Origin: an uncultured Pelagibacteraceae bacterium | GTDB lineage: Bacteria; Pseudomonadota; Alphaproteobacteria; Pelagibacterales; Pelagibacteraceae | Direction of reading: 5' to 3' | DNA: 64,000 nucleotides | Assembly (NCBI GenBank): GCA_902589795.1 | Contig: CACIUJ010000001.1 | Span: 17,030-81,029, forward strand | Shown here: positions 28,034 to 37,110 of the stretch, piece after piece | Position numbering within the stretch: the first letter of the stretch is position 1 | Layout: each line of letters begins with the position of its first letter | Notes under the pieces: model-generated | Database searches by the model: none | Told to the model about the DNA's origin: nothing | Seen by the model: only the letters and a program-made list of their open reading frames with translations | Translations under genes and position numbers: made by a program

Positions 28034-31030
28034 ATGACCCAAAAATATCGACTGGATAAAGGTGGTTTAGTCAAAAGAGATAAAGAGATTTCTTTTAAAT
28101 TTAATGGAAAAAAATATTTTGGATATAAGGGTGATACATTAGCTTCAGCATTGTTAGCTAACGGGGTTCATTTAGTTGGAAGAAGTTTTAAATACCATAG
28201 ACCAAGAGGTTTTATAGGAGCTGGTGTAGATGAACCTAATGCTAAAGTTCAATTATACAGTGGAGCTAAAACAGAACCTAATGCTGTTGCTACAGAAGTG
28301 GAACTCGTCGAAGGTTTAGTTGCAAAAAGTCAAAATTGTTTTCCATCAGTTTCTTTTGATTTTGGAGAAATTAATAACTTTTTAAGCAAAATTTTTCCAG
28401 CAGGGTTTTATTATAAAACTTTCATGTGGCCAAAAAATTTTTGGTATAAAATATATGAACCTATAATTAGAAAAGCTGCGGGTCTAGGAGTTGCTCCTTT
28501 AAAGCCTGATCCCGATCGTTATGAACATAAGTTCGAATATTGCGATATTTTAGTTGTTGGTTCAGGACCCTCAGGGTTAGCTAGCGCTCTAGCAGCGGCA
28601 AAAAACGGGGCTCGAGTAATTTTAGCTGAAGACAAACCTAGATTCGGAGGGAGTTTACTTACTGATGAAGTGACTATAGGAAATAAAAAAGGAAAAGATT
28701 GGGCTGACGAATCGATAGAAAAATTAAAGACAATGCCTAATGTCATTGTTAAAAAAAGATCTCAAGTTTTTGGATACTATGATCATAACATGATGGTGAT
28801 GTTTGAAAGAACAAAGGATCATCTGGAAAATCCAACACAATATATCCCTAGACAAAGACTTTGGTATATAAGAGCAAAGGAAGTTATAGCTTCAACTGGC
28901 TCAATAGAAAGACCTTTGGTTTTTGGTAACAATGATAGACCAGGGATAATGTTGGCTTCAGCGGCCAAAGAATATTTAAAAGTTTACGGAGTCTTAGTAG
29001 GAAAAAAACCAATTATTTTTACTAACAATGACAGTGCATACGAAACGGCTATAGAATTTAAAAAAAATGGAATAGATCCGTTGGTTGTAGATGTTAGGAA
29101 AAACATTGAAAGTTCAGTAATTAGAGAAGCAAAAAATTTAAATATTAAAATTAAATTTTCCCATGCAATAGCAAACACCAAGGGACATTTAAGAGTAAAA
29201 TCTGCTATGATTGGTAAATTAAATGAAAAAAAATCTAATTTTGAGAGCTTAGAAGAAGTTTCTTGTGATTGTGTATGTGTTTCCGGCAACTGGACACCTA
29301 CCGTCCATCTTTCATCTCAGTCAGGAAATAAACTTAAGTTTGATGAGACTATTAATGCATTTATTCCAAATCAGTCTCGCCAGAATGAAAACACAATAGG
29401 ATCAGCAACAGGTTCATTTACACTTAAAAAATCTCTGGAAGAGGGATTCAATAAAGGATTTGAATTATCAAATAAAATAACCAAAAAAAATATAAAAAGT
29501 GATATTCCAATATCAAATGAAAGAATCAATGAAGAACATGATAAACTTTGGTGTATGCCACTTCCGAAGAACAAAAACTACAAAAGGTGTGTAGATTTTC
29601 AAAACGATGTTTATGTTTCTGATATAGAACTAGCTATAAGAGAAGGTTTTAGATCTATTGAACATGTAAAAAGATATACAACACTTGGCATGGCCACTGA
29701 CCAAGGAAAAACGAGTAATCTAAATGGTTTGCAATTAGTTTCAAATATTGAAAAGAAAATAGTTCCAGAAGTTGGCCATACTACTTTTAGGCCACCTTAT
29801 ACTCCAGTAACTATAGGGGCTATAGTAGGAAGAGAAGTTGGAAAAGATTATAGACCAACAAGAAAATCACCTATGCATGCATGGCATGAAAAAAATAATG
29901 CGGTATTCGTTGATGCGGGTTTATGGTTAAGACCAAGATACTATAAACAAGGTAAAGAAAATTTATATGAAGCCTCAAAAAGGGAAGCTGCAAATGTAAG
30001 AAGCAATGTTGGATTGTGTGATGTTACATCGCTTGGAAAAATAGATATTAAAGGATCAGATTCTGCTGAATTTTTAAATAGAGTTTACACAAATGCTTGG
30101 ATGAAGTTGCCAATTGGTAAAGCAAGATATGGAGTTATGTTAAGAGAAGATGGAATGATTTTTGATGATGGGACTACAACTCGAATTTCAGAAAATCATT
30201 TTCATATGACAACAACAACAGCTCAAGCAGTTAATGTTTTAGCTCATTTAGAACACTACCTACAGGTAGTTTGGCCTGAATTAGATGTAAATGTTTTATC
30301 GACCACAGAACAATGGGCAGGTGCAGCTTTAGCAGGACCCAATTCTAGAAATTTATTAGAAAAAATTTTTCCAGAAATAGATGCTTCTAACGAAGCTTTA
30401 CCATTTATGGGATATAAAGAGGCGGATTTATATGGTGTGCCTGCAAGAATTTTTAGAATTTCATTTTCAGGTGAGTTGGCGTACGAAATAAATGTGGAAT
30501 CCGGCTATGGAGTTTTCATGTGGGAAAAAATAATAGAACTTGGAAAAGAAATGGGTATTGAACCGTATGGAACGGAAGCTCTTTCAACTTTAAGAATTGA
30601 AATGGGACATGTGGCTGGTTCGGAAATTGATGGTAGAACAATACCTTCTGATCTTTCTCTTGATGGCATGTTGAGTAAGAAAAAGGATTTTATAGGAAAA
30701 AGGTCTTTAAGCAGAGAAGGTTTTGTTGAAACAGGTAGAGAAAAAATTGTGGGTGTAGTTCCTATAGATAAAAAAACTATGATACCCGAAGGATCTCATT
30801 TAGTTGAAGATAGTAACGCCAAATTACCCAATCCAAAACTAGGCCACATATCAGCATCTTGTTGGAGCGTTGAGTATAATAATCCCTTTTCTCTTGCAAT
30901 TCTTAAAGATGGAAAAAACAAAATAGGCGAAAAACTTTATGCTCTCTCTCCCCTAAAAAACAAAAGTATACAAGTGGAAATAGTATCTTCGCACTATGTT
31001 GATCCTAAAGGAGAAAGAGTTAGATCATGA
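28034..31030 (+). CDS. soxA: Sarcosine oxidase alpha subunit family protein (NAD/FMN domains plus C-terminal GcvT-type THF domain)
   Basis: 998 aa. 'ILVVGSGPSGLASALAAA', and a C-terminal aminomethyltransferase fold ('DVTSLGKIDIKGSD', 'SFSGELAYEINV'). Confidence 0.85.
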   Translation: MTQKYRLDKGGLVKRDKEISFKFNGKKYFGYKGDTLASALLANGVHLVGRSFKYHRPRGFIGAGVDEPNAKVQLYSGAKTEPNAVATEVELVEGLVAKSQNCFPSVSFDFGEINNFLSKIFPAGFYYKTFMWPKNFWYKIYEPIIRKAAGLGVAPLKPDPDRYEHKFEYCDILVVGSGPSGLASALAAAKNGARVILAEDKPRFGGSLLTDEVTIGNKKGKDWADESIEKLKTMPNVIVKKRSQVFGYYDHNMMVMFERTKDHLENPTQYIPRQRLWYIRAKEVIASTGSIERPLVFGNNDRPGIMLASAAKEYLKVYGVLVGKKPIIFTNNDSAYETAIEFKKNGIDPLVVDVRKNIESSVIREAKNLNIKIKFSHAIANTKGHLRVKSAMIGKLNEKKSNFESLEEVSCDCVCVSGNWTPTVHLSSQSGNKLKFDETINAFIPNQSRQNENTIGSATGSFTLKKSLEEGFNKGFELSNKITKKNIKSDIPISNERINEEHDKLWCMPLPKNKNYKRCVDFQNDVYVSDIELAIREGFRSIEHVKRYTTLGMATDQGKTSNLNGLQLVSNIEKKIVPEVGHTTFRPPYTPVTIGAIVGREVGKDYRPTRKSPMHAWHEKNNAVFVDAGLWLRPRYYKQGKENLYEASKREAANVRSNVGLCDVTSLGKIDIKGSDSAEFLNRVYTNAWMKLPIGKARYGVMLREDGMIFDDGTTTRISENHFHMTTTTAQAVNVLAHLEHYLQVVWPELDVNVLSTTEQWAGAALAGPNSRNLLEKIFPEIDASNEALPFMGYKEADLYGVPARIFRISFSGELAYEINVESGYGVFMWEKIIELGKEMGIEPYGTEALSTLRIEMGHVAGSEIDGRTIPSDLSLDGMLSKKKDFIGKRSLSREGFVETGREKIVGVVPIDKKTMIPEGSHLVEDSNAKLPNPKLGHISASCWSVEYNNPFSLAILKDGKNKIGEKLYALSPLKNKSIQVEIVSSHYVDPKGERVRS

Positions 31031-31614
31031 CAGCTATTAGTCCATTGGAATTTGTCCACAAAAAAGGAATTTTTGGAGATCACCACAAAAAAAATGAAAA
31101 TGAATTATTGCAAATCTCAGAAGTTAAAAATTTAATAATAATTCAAGTTGTTCAATACAAAAAATCAAAAACTAGTATAAATGATGTAAAAATTGATGGT
31201 TTAGAATTTTCAGAAAAAAGTTCTCACGTCACATCAAATAAACAGACAAGAATTCTTTGGAGTGCCCCAAGAACCTGGTTAGTTTTATCTAATAAAGAAA
31301 ATATTTTCGACACTATTAAAAGTAATTTAAATGAAAGAGATTTTGCAATTACCGACATATCACACTCAAGAGCTGTAATCCAAATAAAGGGTATGCAGGC
31401 GAAGGAAGTGTTAAAAAAAGGTAGTCCAATTAATTTTAGTGAATTTAATGTAAATAGATGTTCAGGAACAATATTCCATGGAATTACTATAGTAATAGAT
31501 TTAATTTCAAATGATCCAGATACATTTAATATTTTAACTTTAAGAAGTTTTGGAGAATCTTTTTATCATCATATTACTGATTCTGCTTTAGAATTTGGAT
31601 ATGTGGGAGTTTAA
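31027..31614 (+). CDS. soxG: Sarcosine oxidase gamma subunit family protein
   Basis: 195 aa. ATGA overlap with soxA. Size and position fit the gamma subunit. Sequence conservation is weak, so the call rests mainly on operon position. Confidence 0.65.
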   Translation: MTAISPLEFVHKKGIFGDHHKKNENELLQISEVKNLIIIQVVQYKKSKTSINDVKIDGLEFSEKSSHVTSNKQTRILWSAPRTWLVLSNKENIFDTIKSNLNERDFAITDISHSRAVIQIKGMQAKEVLKKGSPINFSEFNVNRCSGTIFHGITIVIDLISNDPDTFNILTLRSFGESFYHHITDSALEFGYVGV

Positions 31615-31622
31615 GTTAAAAT

Positions 31623-32252
31623 TTATTTATTTACTTCTGCTAAGCATAACCAGGCATTAACATCTTTGCTAGCAATATAATTTGATTTAAAAAATTCTTT
31701 TACATTCCAAGACTTATTTTTTTTTAATTCCTCAATTTTTTTATCAAAACCATATTCTTCGTATATACCTTCATTAATTGTAAAGCAGATTAAACTTTTG
31801 TTTTTTGAGATTCTAATAAATTCATCTAAGGCATTAGGTTTGACATGACCAAAGGTAAAAGTTCCTACGCACATTATAGCATCGTATGTGTTATTCTCAA
31901 TTTTGATTGTTTTATTTAAATCAACCTGGCTTAAATTTTGATAATATCCCCTTGGAACTAAATCTAATAATTTTTTTGATAAATCCATTCCATCGATATT
32001 TAAATAATTATGTTTCTTTAATTCAATTCCAACAAGTCCAGTTCCACAACCTGCATCTAATATTTTGATATTTTTATCTTTGGCATATTTTAAGAAGGTG
32101 GTTACAGTTTCTTTGGGACCAGTATAATTCCAGTCAACCATATCTTGATCGTATTTATTTTCAATACCCCATTCGTCATAATACCTCATGACCTCATCCG
32201 TAGTTTTTAATTTGTAAATAGGTATTTTGTTTCCCACGTCTTTTTGAGCCAT
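31623..32252 (-). CDS. Class I SAM-dependent methyltransferase
   Basis: Motif I 'ILDAGCGTGLVG' and 'YDAIMCVGTF'. The ORF-track start (32267) is a TTG; the in-frame ATG at 32252 ('MAQKDVG') is more likely. Confidence 0.7.
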   Translation of the reverse strand: MAQKDVGNKIPIYKLKTTDEVMRYYDEWGIENKYDQDMVDWNYTGPKETVTTFLKYAKDKNIKILDAGCGTGLVGIELKKHNYLNIDGMDLSKKLLDLVPRGYYQNLSQVDLNKTIKIENNTYDAIMCVGTFTFGHVKPNALDEFIRISKNKSLICFTINEGIYEEYGFDKKIEELKKNKSWNVKEFFKSNYIASKDVNAWLCLAEVNK

Positions 32253-32274
32253 ATGTAAATTTAGCAATAATTTG

Positions 32275-32322
32275 TTAGCTAAACAATTGTATTTTCAAAA
32301 TACCTAAAATGTGATTAGCTAA
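32275..32322. promoter_or_regulatory. Cluster of palindromes in the 59-74-bp divergent spacer upstream of bhmT
   Basis: Self-complementary TTAGCTAA occurs twice (32275-32282 and 32315-32322). These copies bracket ACAATTGT (32283-32290) and a perfect 15-bp palindrome GTATTTTCAAAATAC (32289-32303). The second TTAGCTAA ends 4 nt before the bhmT ATG. Confidence 0.3.
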
Positions 32323-32326
32323 TCCA

Positions 32327-33373
32327 ATGGCGAAAAATTTAATTGAAAGACTTAATCAAGGCCCAATTCTTTGTGCCGAAGGATATCTTTTTGCGATGGA
32401 AAGAAGAGGATATTTACAAGCTGGCGCTTTTGTGCCTGAAGTAGTTTTAGAACATCCAGAAGTCGTTTCTCAGTTACATAGAGAATTTATAAGAGCTGGA
32501 AGCGATGTTGTTCAAGCATTTACTTATTATGGACACAGAGAAAAATTAAGACTTATTGGTAAAGAAAAATTACTTGAACCGCTTCAAAAAAATGCTTTGC
32601 AAATAGCAAAAGATGCAAGAAAAGAATTTAAAGATTTAGATCTTTTGGTTTGTGGAGACGTAGCTAATACTAATGTTTATGATCCGAATGATAAGAAATC
32701 AAATATTGAATGCCAAAAAATGTTTGAAGAGCAAGTTGCTTGGGCTAAAGAAGCTGGTGTAGATTTTATTGTAGCAGAAACAATTACTTGGGTTGAAGAA
32801 ATGAAAATAGCACTTAAAACTATAAAAGATGCTGGTTTAATCGCCGTTTGTAACTATGCAATTAGGAGAGATGGAAAAACAAGAGAAGGCATTTCACCGG
32901 GAGAAGCATGCAAAATTTTAGAAGATAATGGAGCAGACGTGGTTGGTATGAATTGTTATAGAGGACCAAAAATGACAATGAAATATTTACCAGAAATAAG
33001 AAAAGCTGTTTCATGTCATGTTGCAGCTTTGCCAGTTCCCTACAGAACAACGGAAAAAAATCCAGGATTTTTAAATCAAGTAGATGAAGGATGCAACTGT
33101 ATTCCTGGAGGAAATGCTTTTCCAGTGGCTTTAGATAATTTATATTGCAATAGATTTGAAATGGCCGAATTCGCAAAAGAATGTGCAGAAAAAAAAATAA
33201 ACTTTATTGGAATTTGTTGTGGAGCTGAACCTCACCACGTTCGTCAAATGGCAGTTGCCTTGGGTAGAAAACCTATTTCATCCAAGTATTTACCTGACAT
33301 GTCCAAACATTACGCTCATGGTACGGACAAAACTTTAAAAAAACATAACACCGACATAGCTAAAACGTTATAA
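32327..33373 (+). CDS. bhmT: Betaine-homocysteine S-methyltransferase (Hcy-binding/pterin-independent methyltransferase domain)
   Basis: 348 aa. Homocysteine S-methyltransferase domain with Zn-ligand cysteines in 'VVGMNCYRGP' and 'IGICCGAEPHH'. Located directly upstream of dimethylglycine dehydrogenase. Confidence 0.8.
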   Translation: MAKNLIERLNQGPILCAEGYLFAMERRGYLQAGAFVPEVVLEHPEVVSQLHREFIRAGSDVVQAFTYYGHREKLRLIGKEKLLEPLQKNALQIAKDARKEFKDLDLLVCGDVANTNVYDPNDKKSNIECQKMFEEQVAWAKEAGVDFIVAETITWVEEMKIALKTIKDAGLIAVCNYAIRRDGKTREGISPGEACKILEDNGADVVGMNCYRGPKMTMKYLPEIRKAVSCHVAALPVPYRTTEKNPGFLNQVDEGCNCIPGGNAFPVALDNLYCNRFEMAEFAKECAEKKINFIGICCGAEPHHVRQMAVALGRKPISSKYLPDMSKHYAHGTDKTLKKHNTDIAKTL

Positions 33374-33382
33374 TTTATATTA

Positions 33383-35800
33383 ATGGAAAAAAACGCCAAG
33401 GTAGTCGTAATAGGTGGAGGAGTAGTCGGTTGCTCAATATTATATCATTTATCTAAGTTTGGATTAAAAGATTGTATACTACTTGAAAGAAACGAGTTAA
33501 CCTCAGGTTCTTCATGGCATGCAGCCGGCAATGTACATGTAATTTCTTCAGATCCAAATATTTCCAGAATGATGGCATATACAATTGGTCTATATAAAGA
33601 AATTGAAAAAGAATCTGGACAATCTACTGGCTTTAAACCAAGTGGGGGTTTTTATTTAGCTTCCAACGAGGTTTGGTCTGATTATTTAAAAAGAGAAAGA
33701 TCAAAAGCCAGATATATGGGCCTTGATCAAGAATTTATTTCTTTAGAAGAGGTTAAAAAAAAGAATCCGTTAATTGATCCCAAAAGATATCTTTTAGCAT
33801 TGTGGGATCCAATTGATGGAGAAGTGGATCCATCTGGAGTTACCTATGCTTTTGCTAAGGCTGCTAAAAAGTACGGTGGTAAGTATTATACACATACAAT
33901 TGTTACTGATACCAAACAAAAAAACAACGGCACATGGGATGTAATTACAAATAAGGGAAACATAAATGCAGAAATAGTTATTAATGCTGGAGGACTATGG
34001 GCAAGAGAAGTTGGAAAGTTAGCTGGGATAAATTTACCAGTTCAACCAATGGAACACCATTATTTAATTACTGAAACTATTCCTGAAATTGCAGAATTAG
34101 GAGAAAACAATAGACTGCCAATTGGAACAGATTTTGAGGGTAACATTTATTTTAGACAAGAAGGCAAAGGAATGCTTCTTGGTACTTACGAACAAAAATC
34201 TACACCATGGAAAGTAACAGGAACTCCAATGAATTTTGGGCATGAACTTTTAGAACCTAAATTAGATAACATTCAAGATAGATTAGCAATTGGTTTTGAG
34301 AGAATGCCCGCTTTAGAAAAAGCTGGAATTAAAAATATAGTAAATGGCCCTTTTACATTTGGACCTGATGGAAGCCCCTTGATTGGCCCGATTCCAGGTT
34401 TAAAAAATTATTGGGTAGCGGTTGGAGTAATGGCTGGTTTTTGTCAAGGAGGAGGCGTGGGTAAATGTCTTGCGGAATGGATAATTGACGGTGAACCTTC
34501 CATTGATGTTTGGGCAATGGATGTGGCGCGTTTTGGAAATTATGCATCACCAGATTATGGAACAATAAAATCTTCAGAAAATTATGAAAGAAGATTCATA
34601 ATGACTTTTCCTAATGAAACTTTACCAAAAGGTAGAAAACAAAAAACTACTTCTTTATATGATCGTCTTTTAGCCAAAGGAGCAGTAATGGGAGATTCAT
34701 TTGGTTTAGAGAATGCACTTTGGTTCGCAAAAAATCCTAAAGATGCGTATGAGAATCCTACTTTTAAACGTTCAAGGTGTCATGACTATGTAGCAGAAGA
34801 AGTAAAAGCAGTTAGAAATTCAGTTGCCGCAACGGAAATAGCCAACTTCGCAAAGCATGAATTTACAGGGAAGGGAGCTAGAAAATTTTTAGATCATATC
34901 TTAGCTGGCAGAATACCTAAGCCAGGTAGAATTATCCTTACACCAATGCTAACTCACAAAGGAAAATTATACGGAGATCTAACTGTTGCTTGTTTAAATG
35001 AAGAAAAATTTATGATTTTTGGATCTGGGGCCGCACAAGAAATGCATAGAAGATGGTTTGAAAATTTTTTGCCAAAAAATGAAGTAAGTTATAAAAATAG
35101 ATCAGACGATTTTCATGGCATTGCCATTTCTGGGCCAAATTCAAGGAAATTGCTATCTAAAATTTGTAGAGACGATGTATCAGATAAAATATTTAAATTT
35201 AGAGATACTAAAGAAACTTTTGTTGGAGGAGTTCCAGCAATATTAAATCGAATATCTTTTTCTGGAGAACTCGGTTATGAAATTTATGTGGCGCCACAAT
35301 TTCAATTAAAACTATTTGAGGAAATCGAAACTCATGGAAAGGAATTGTCTTTGAAACTTTATGGATCTAGAGCATTAATGTCTTTAAGATTAGAAAAAAA
35401 TTGGGGAGCTTGGACGCTTGATTTTAGACCCGATTTTACTGCAGCAGAATCTGGATTGGATATTTTTATTAATTGGGATAAAGAATTTATTGGTAAAAAA
35501 GCGGCCCAAGATGAAAAAAAACAAGGACCTAAAAAGAAACTTGTTACAATGACTATTGATACTAAAGATATAGATGTCACAAATGATGAAGCAATTTTAA
35601 AAGATAATAAATGTGTTGGTTATATAACTTCAGGAGGTTATGCCCATCATGTAAAAAAAAGTATGGCTCTCGGTTATGTTCCAACAGAATTATCAAAAGA
35701 TAAAACAAATTTACAAGTAGAGATTAATGGAAAATTATATACTGCCCTAGTAACAGCAAAACCTTTATATGATGCTAATGGTGGCAAGATGAGAAGTTAA
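33383..35800 (+). CDS. dmgdh: Dimethylglycine dehydrogenase family flavoprotein (DAO domain plus GcvT THF domain)
   Basis: 805 aa. 'VVVIGGGVVGCSILYHL', covalent-FAD His context 'GSSWHAAG', C-terminal 'SFSGELGYEIYV'. Follows bhmT. Whether the substrate is dimethylglycine or sarcosine is not resolvable by eye. Confidence 0.8.
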   Translation: MEKNAKVVVIGGGVVGCSILYHLSKFGLKDCILLERNELTSGSSWHAAGNVHVISSDPNISRMMAYTIGLYKEIEKESGQSTGFKPSGGFYLASNEVWSDYLKRERSKARYMGLDQEFISLEEVKKKNPLIDPKRYLLALWDPIDGEVDPSGVTYAFAKAAKKYGGKYYTHTIVTDTKQKNNGTWDVITNKGNINAEIVINAGGLWAREVGKLAGINLPVQPMEHHYLITETIPEIAELGENNRLPIGTDFEGNIYFRQEGKGMLLGTYEQKSTPWKVTGTPMNFGHELLEPKLDNIQDRLAIGFERMPALEKAGIKNIVNGPFTFGPDGSPLIGPIPGLKNYWVAVGVMAGFCQGGGVGKCLAEWIIDGEPSIDVWAMDVARFGNYASPDYGTIKSSENYERRFIMTFPNETLPKGRKQKTTSLYDRLLAKGAVMGDSFGLENALWFAKNPKDAYENPTFKRSRCHDYVAEEVKAVRNSVAATEIANFAKHEFTGKGARKFLDHILAGRIPKPGRIILTPMLTHKGKLYGDLTVACLNEEKFMIFGSGAAQEMHRRWFENFLPKNEVSYKNRSDDFHGIAISGPNSRKLLSKICRDDVSDKIFKFRDTKETFVGGVPAILNRISFSGELGYEIYVAPQFQLKLFEEIETHGKELSLKLYGSRALMSLRLEKNWGAWTLDFRPDFTAAESGLDIFINWDKEFIGKKAAQDEKKQGPKKKLVTMTIDTKDIDVTNDEAILKDNKCVGYITSGGYAHHVKKSMALGYVPTELSKDKTNLQVEINGKLYTALVTAKPLYDANGGKMRS

Positions 35801-35801
35801 A

Positions 35802-36980
35802 TTATATACTAGCCATTTCTAAATGAAGTTTTGTTCCAAAATATTTATATCTATCTAGAATTTCTTCTTTAAGCTCAACTCCCAATCCAGGTTTTGTTGG
35901 TGGAATAACGTAGCCATCATTCCATTCAATGGGATCTTTTATGATCTCTGAATAAAAACCTTTCCAGTCTTTTATTCCTTCCAAGATAAGAAAATTTGGA
36001 CTACATGCTGAAATTTGAATATTAGCTGCTCCTACTACAGGGCCACAATAAAGGTGAGGAGCAATTTGCGCATAATGAGTTTCTGCTAAACCAGCTATTT
36101 TTTTTGATTCAAGTATACCACCAGCTCTGCCCAAATTCATTTGTAAAATACTAGCCGCTTTATATTCTAAAATTTTTGAAAATTCATATTTAGTCGATAA
36201 TCTTTCTCCTGTTGCAATTGGTATAGTAGTTGATAAAGCAACTTTTCCCATTTCCTCAAAATTTTCTGGTGGAGTAGGTTCTTCAAACCACATTGGATCA
36301 AATTTTTCTAGTCTTTTTGCTAATCTAATGGCTGATGAAGTCGTCATCTGACCGTGTGTCCCAATTAAAATATCACTTTTATTTTTAACAGTATCGTGGA
36401 TTGTTTTTACAAAATTTTCTACTTTAATTAATTCTTCCAATGTAAGATGACGAGGGTCTAGTGGGGTGTATGAACCAACGGGATCAAATTTAACTGCGGT
36501 AAATCCCTTTTCAATATATTCGTTTGCTCTTTCGGCAGCTAAATTAGCATCTTCGTAAACATTTAATTTATCCGTTTCTTTCGGGTACAGGTAAGTGTAT
36601 GAACGCAATTTATTATTAACTAAGCCACCTAGTAATTCATATATAGGTTTATTCAGTTCTTTCCCAATGATATCCCAACAAGCCATTTCAATACCGCTAA
36701 TAATTCCTAGCAATGAAACGTCAGGTCTTTGTGTGTAGCCACTTGAATAAATAGTTCTCCATAATTTTTCTATTTTAAAAGGATCTTTACCTTTTACATA
36801 TCTTTCAAACACGTCATCAATCATTTTTGAAACTACATTTGGATGAAAAGGAACAGAATAAATTTCTCCATACCCAAATATATCTTTATCAGTGAAAAGC
36901 TTTATAAAAACCCAATATCTTCCACCAAAATGTGGAGGAGGATTTCCAACAACATAAGTTTTTATTTTTTTCAGTTTCAT
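35802..36980 (-). CDS. Enolase-superfamily enzyme (mandelate racemase / galactonate-dehydratase-like subgroup)
   Basis: 392 aa. N-terminal capping domain 'GGRYWVFIKLFTDKDIFGYGE' and 'EMACWDIIGKELNKPIYELLGG'. Barrel-domain acidic ligands are plausible in 'KFDP', 'FEEP' and 'ATGER'. Divergent from a betaine-type binding-protein gene. Confidence 0.75.
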   Translation of the reverse strand: MKLKKIKTYVVGNPPPHFGGRYWVFIKLFTDKDIFGYGEIYSVPFHPNVVSKMIDDVFERYVKGKDPFKIEKLWRTIYSSGYTQRPDVSLLGIISGIEMACWDIIGKELNKPIYELLGGLVNNKLRSYTYLYPKETDKLNVYEDANLAAERANEYIEKGFTAVKFDPVGSYTPLDPRHLTLEELIKVENFVKTIHDTVKNKSDILIGTHGQMTTSSAIRLAKRLEKFDPMWFEEPTPPENFEEMGKVALSTTIPIATGERLSTKYEFSKILEYKAASILQMNLGRAGGILESKKIAGLAETHYAQIAPHLYCGPVVGAANIQISACSPNFLILEGIKDWKGFYSEIIKDPIEWNDGYVIPPTKPGLGVELKEEILDRYKYFGTKLHLEMASI

Positions 36981-37110
36981 CTTTAAATAATATTTTATTG
37001 AATTTTCACATGAAATTTAAAATTTTTCAATCATAAGTTGTTCTTAACGGTTACATTTTTTACTTATTTATGTTTCAATACCAGCATTAAAAAAACAAAG
37101 TGAGGGAAAT

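Noticed and set aside
32268-32326. A complete tandem SAM-II/SAM-V riboswitch upstream of bhmT.
   Set aside because: The leader is only about 59-74 nt, too short for a tandem arrangement, and I cannot recognise the conserved pseudoknot/triplex consensus by eye. It is kept only as a low-confidence palindrome cluster that needs a covariance-model scan.
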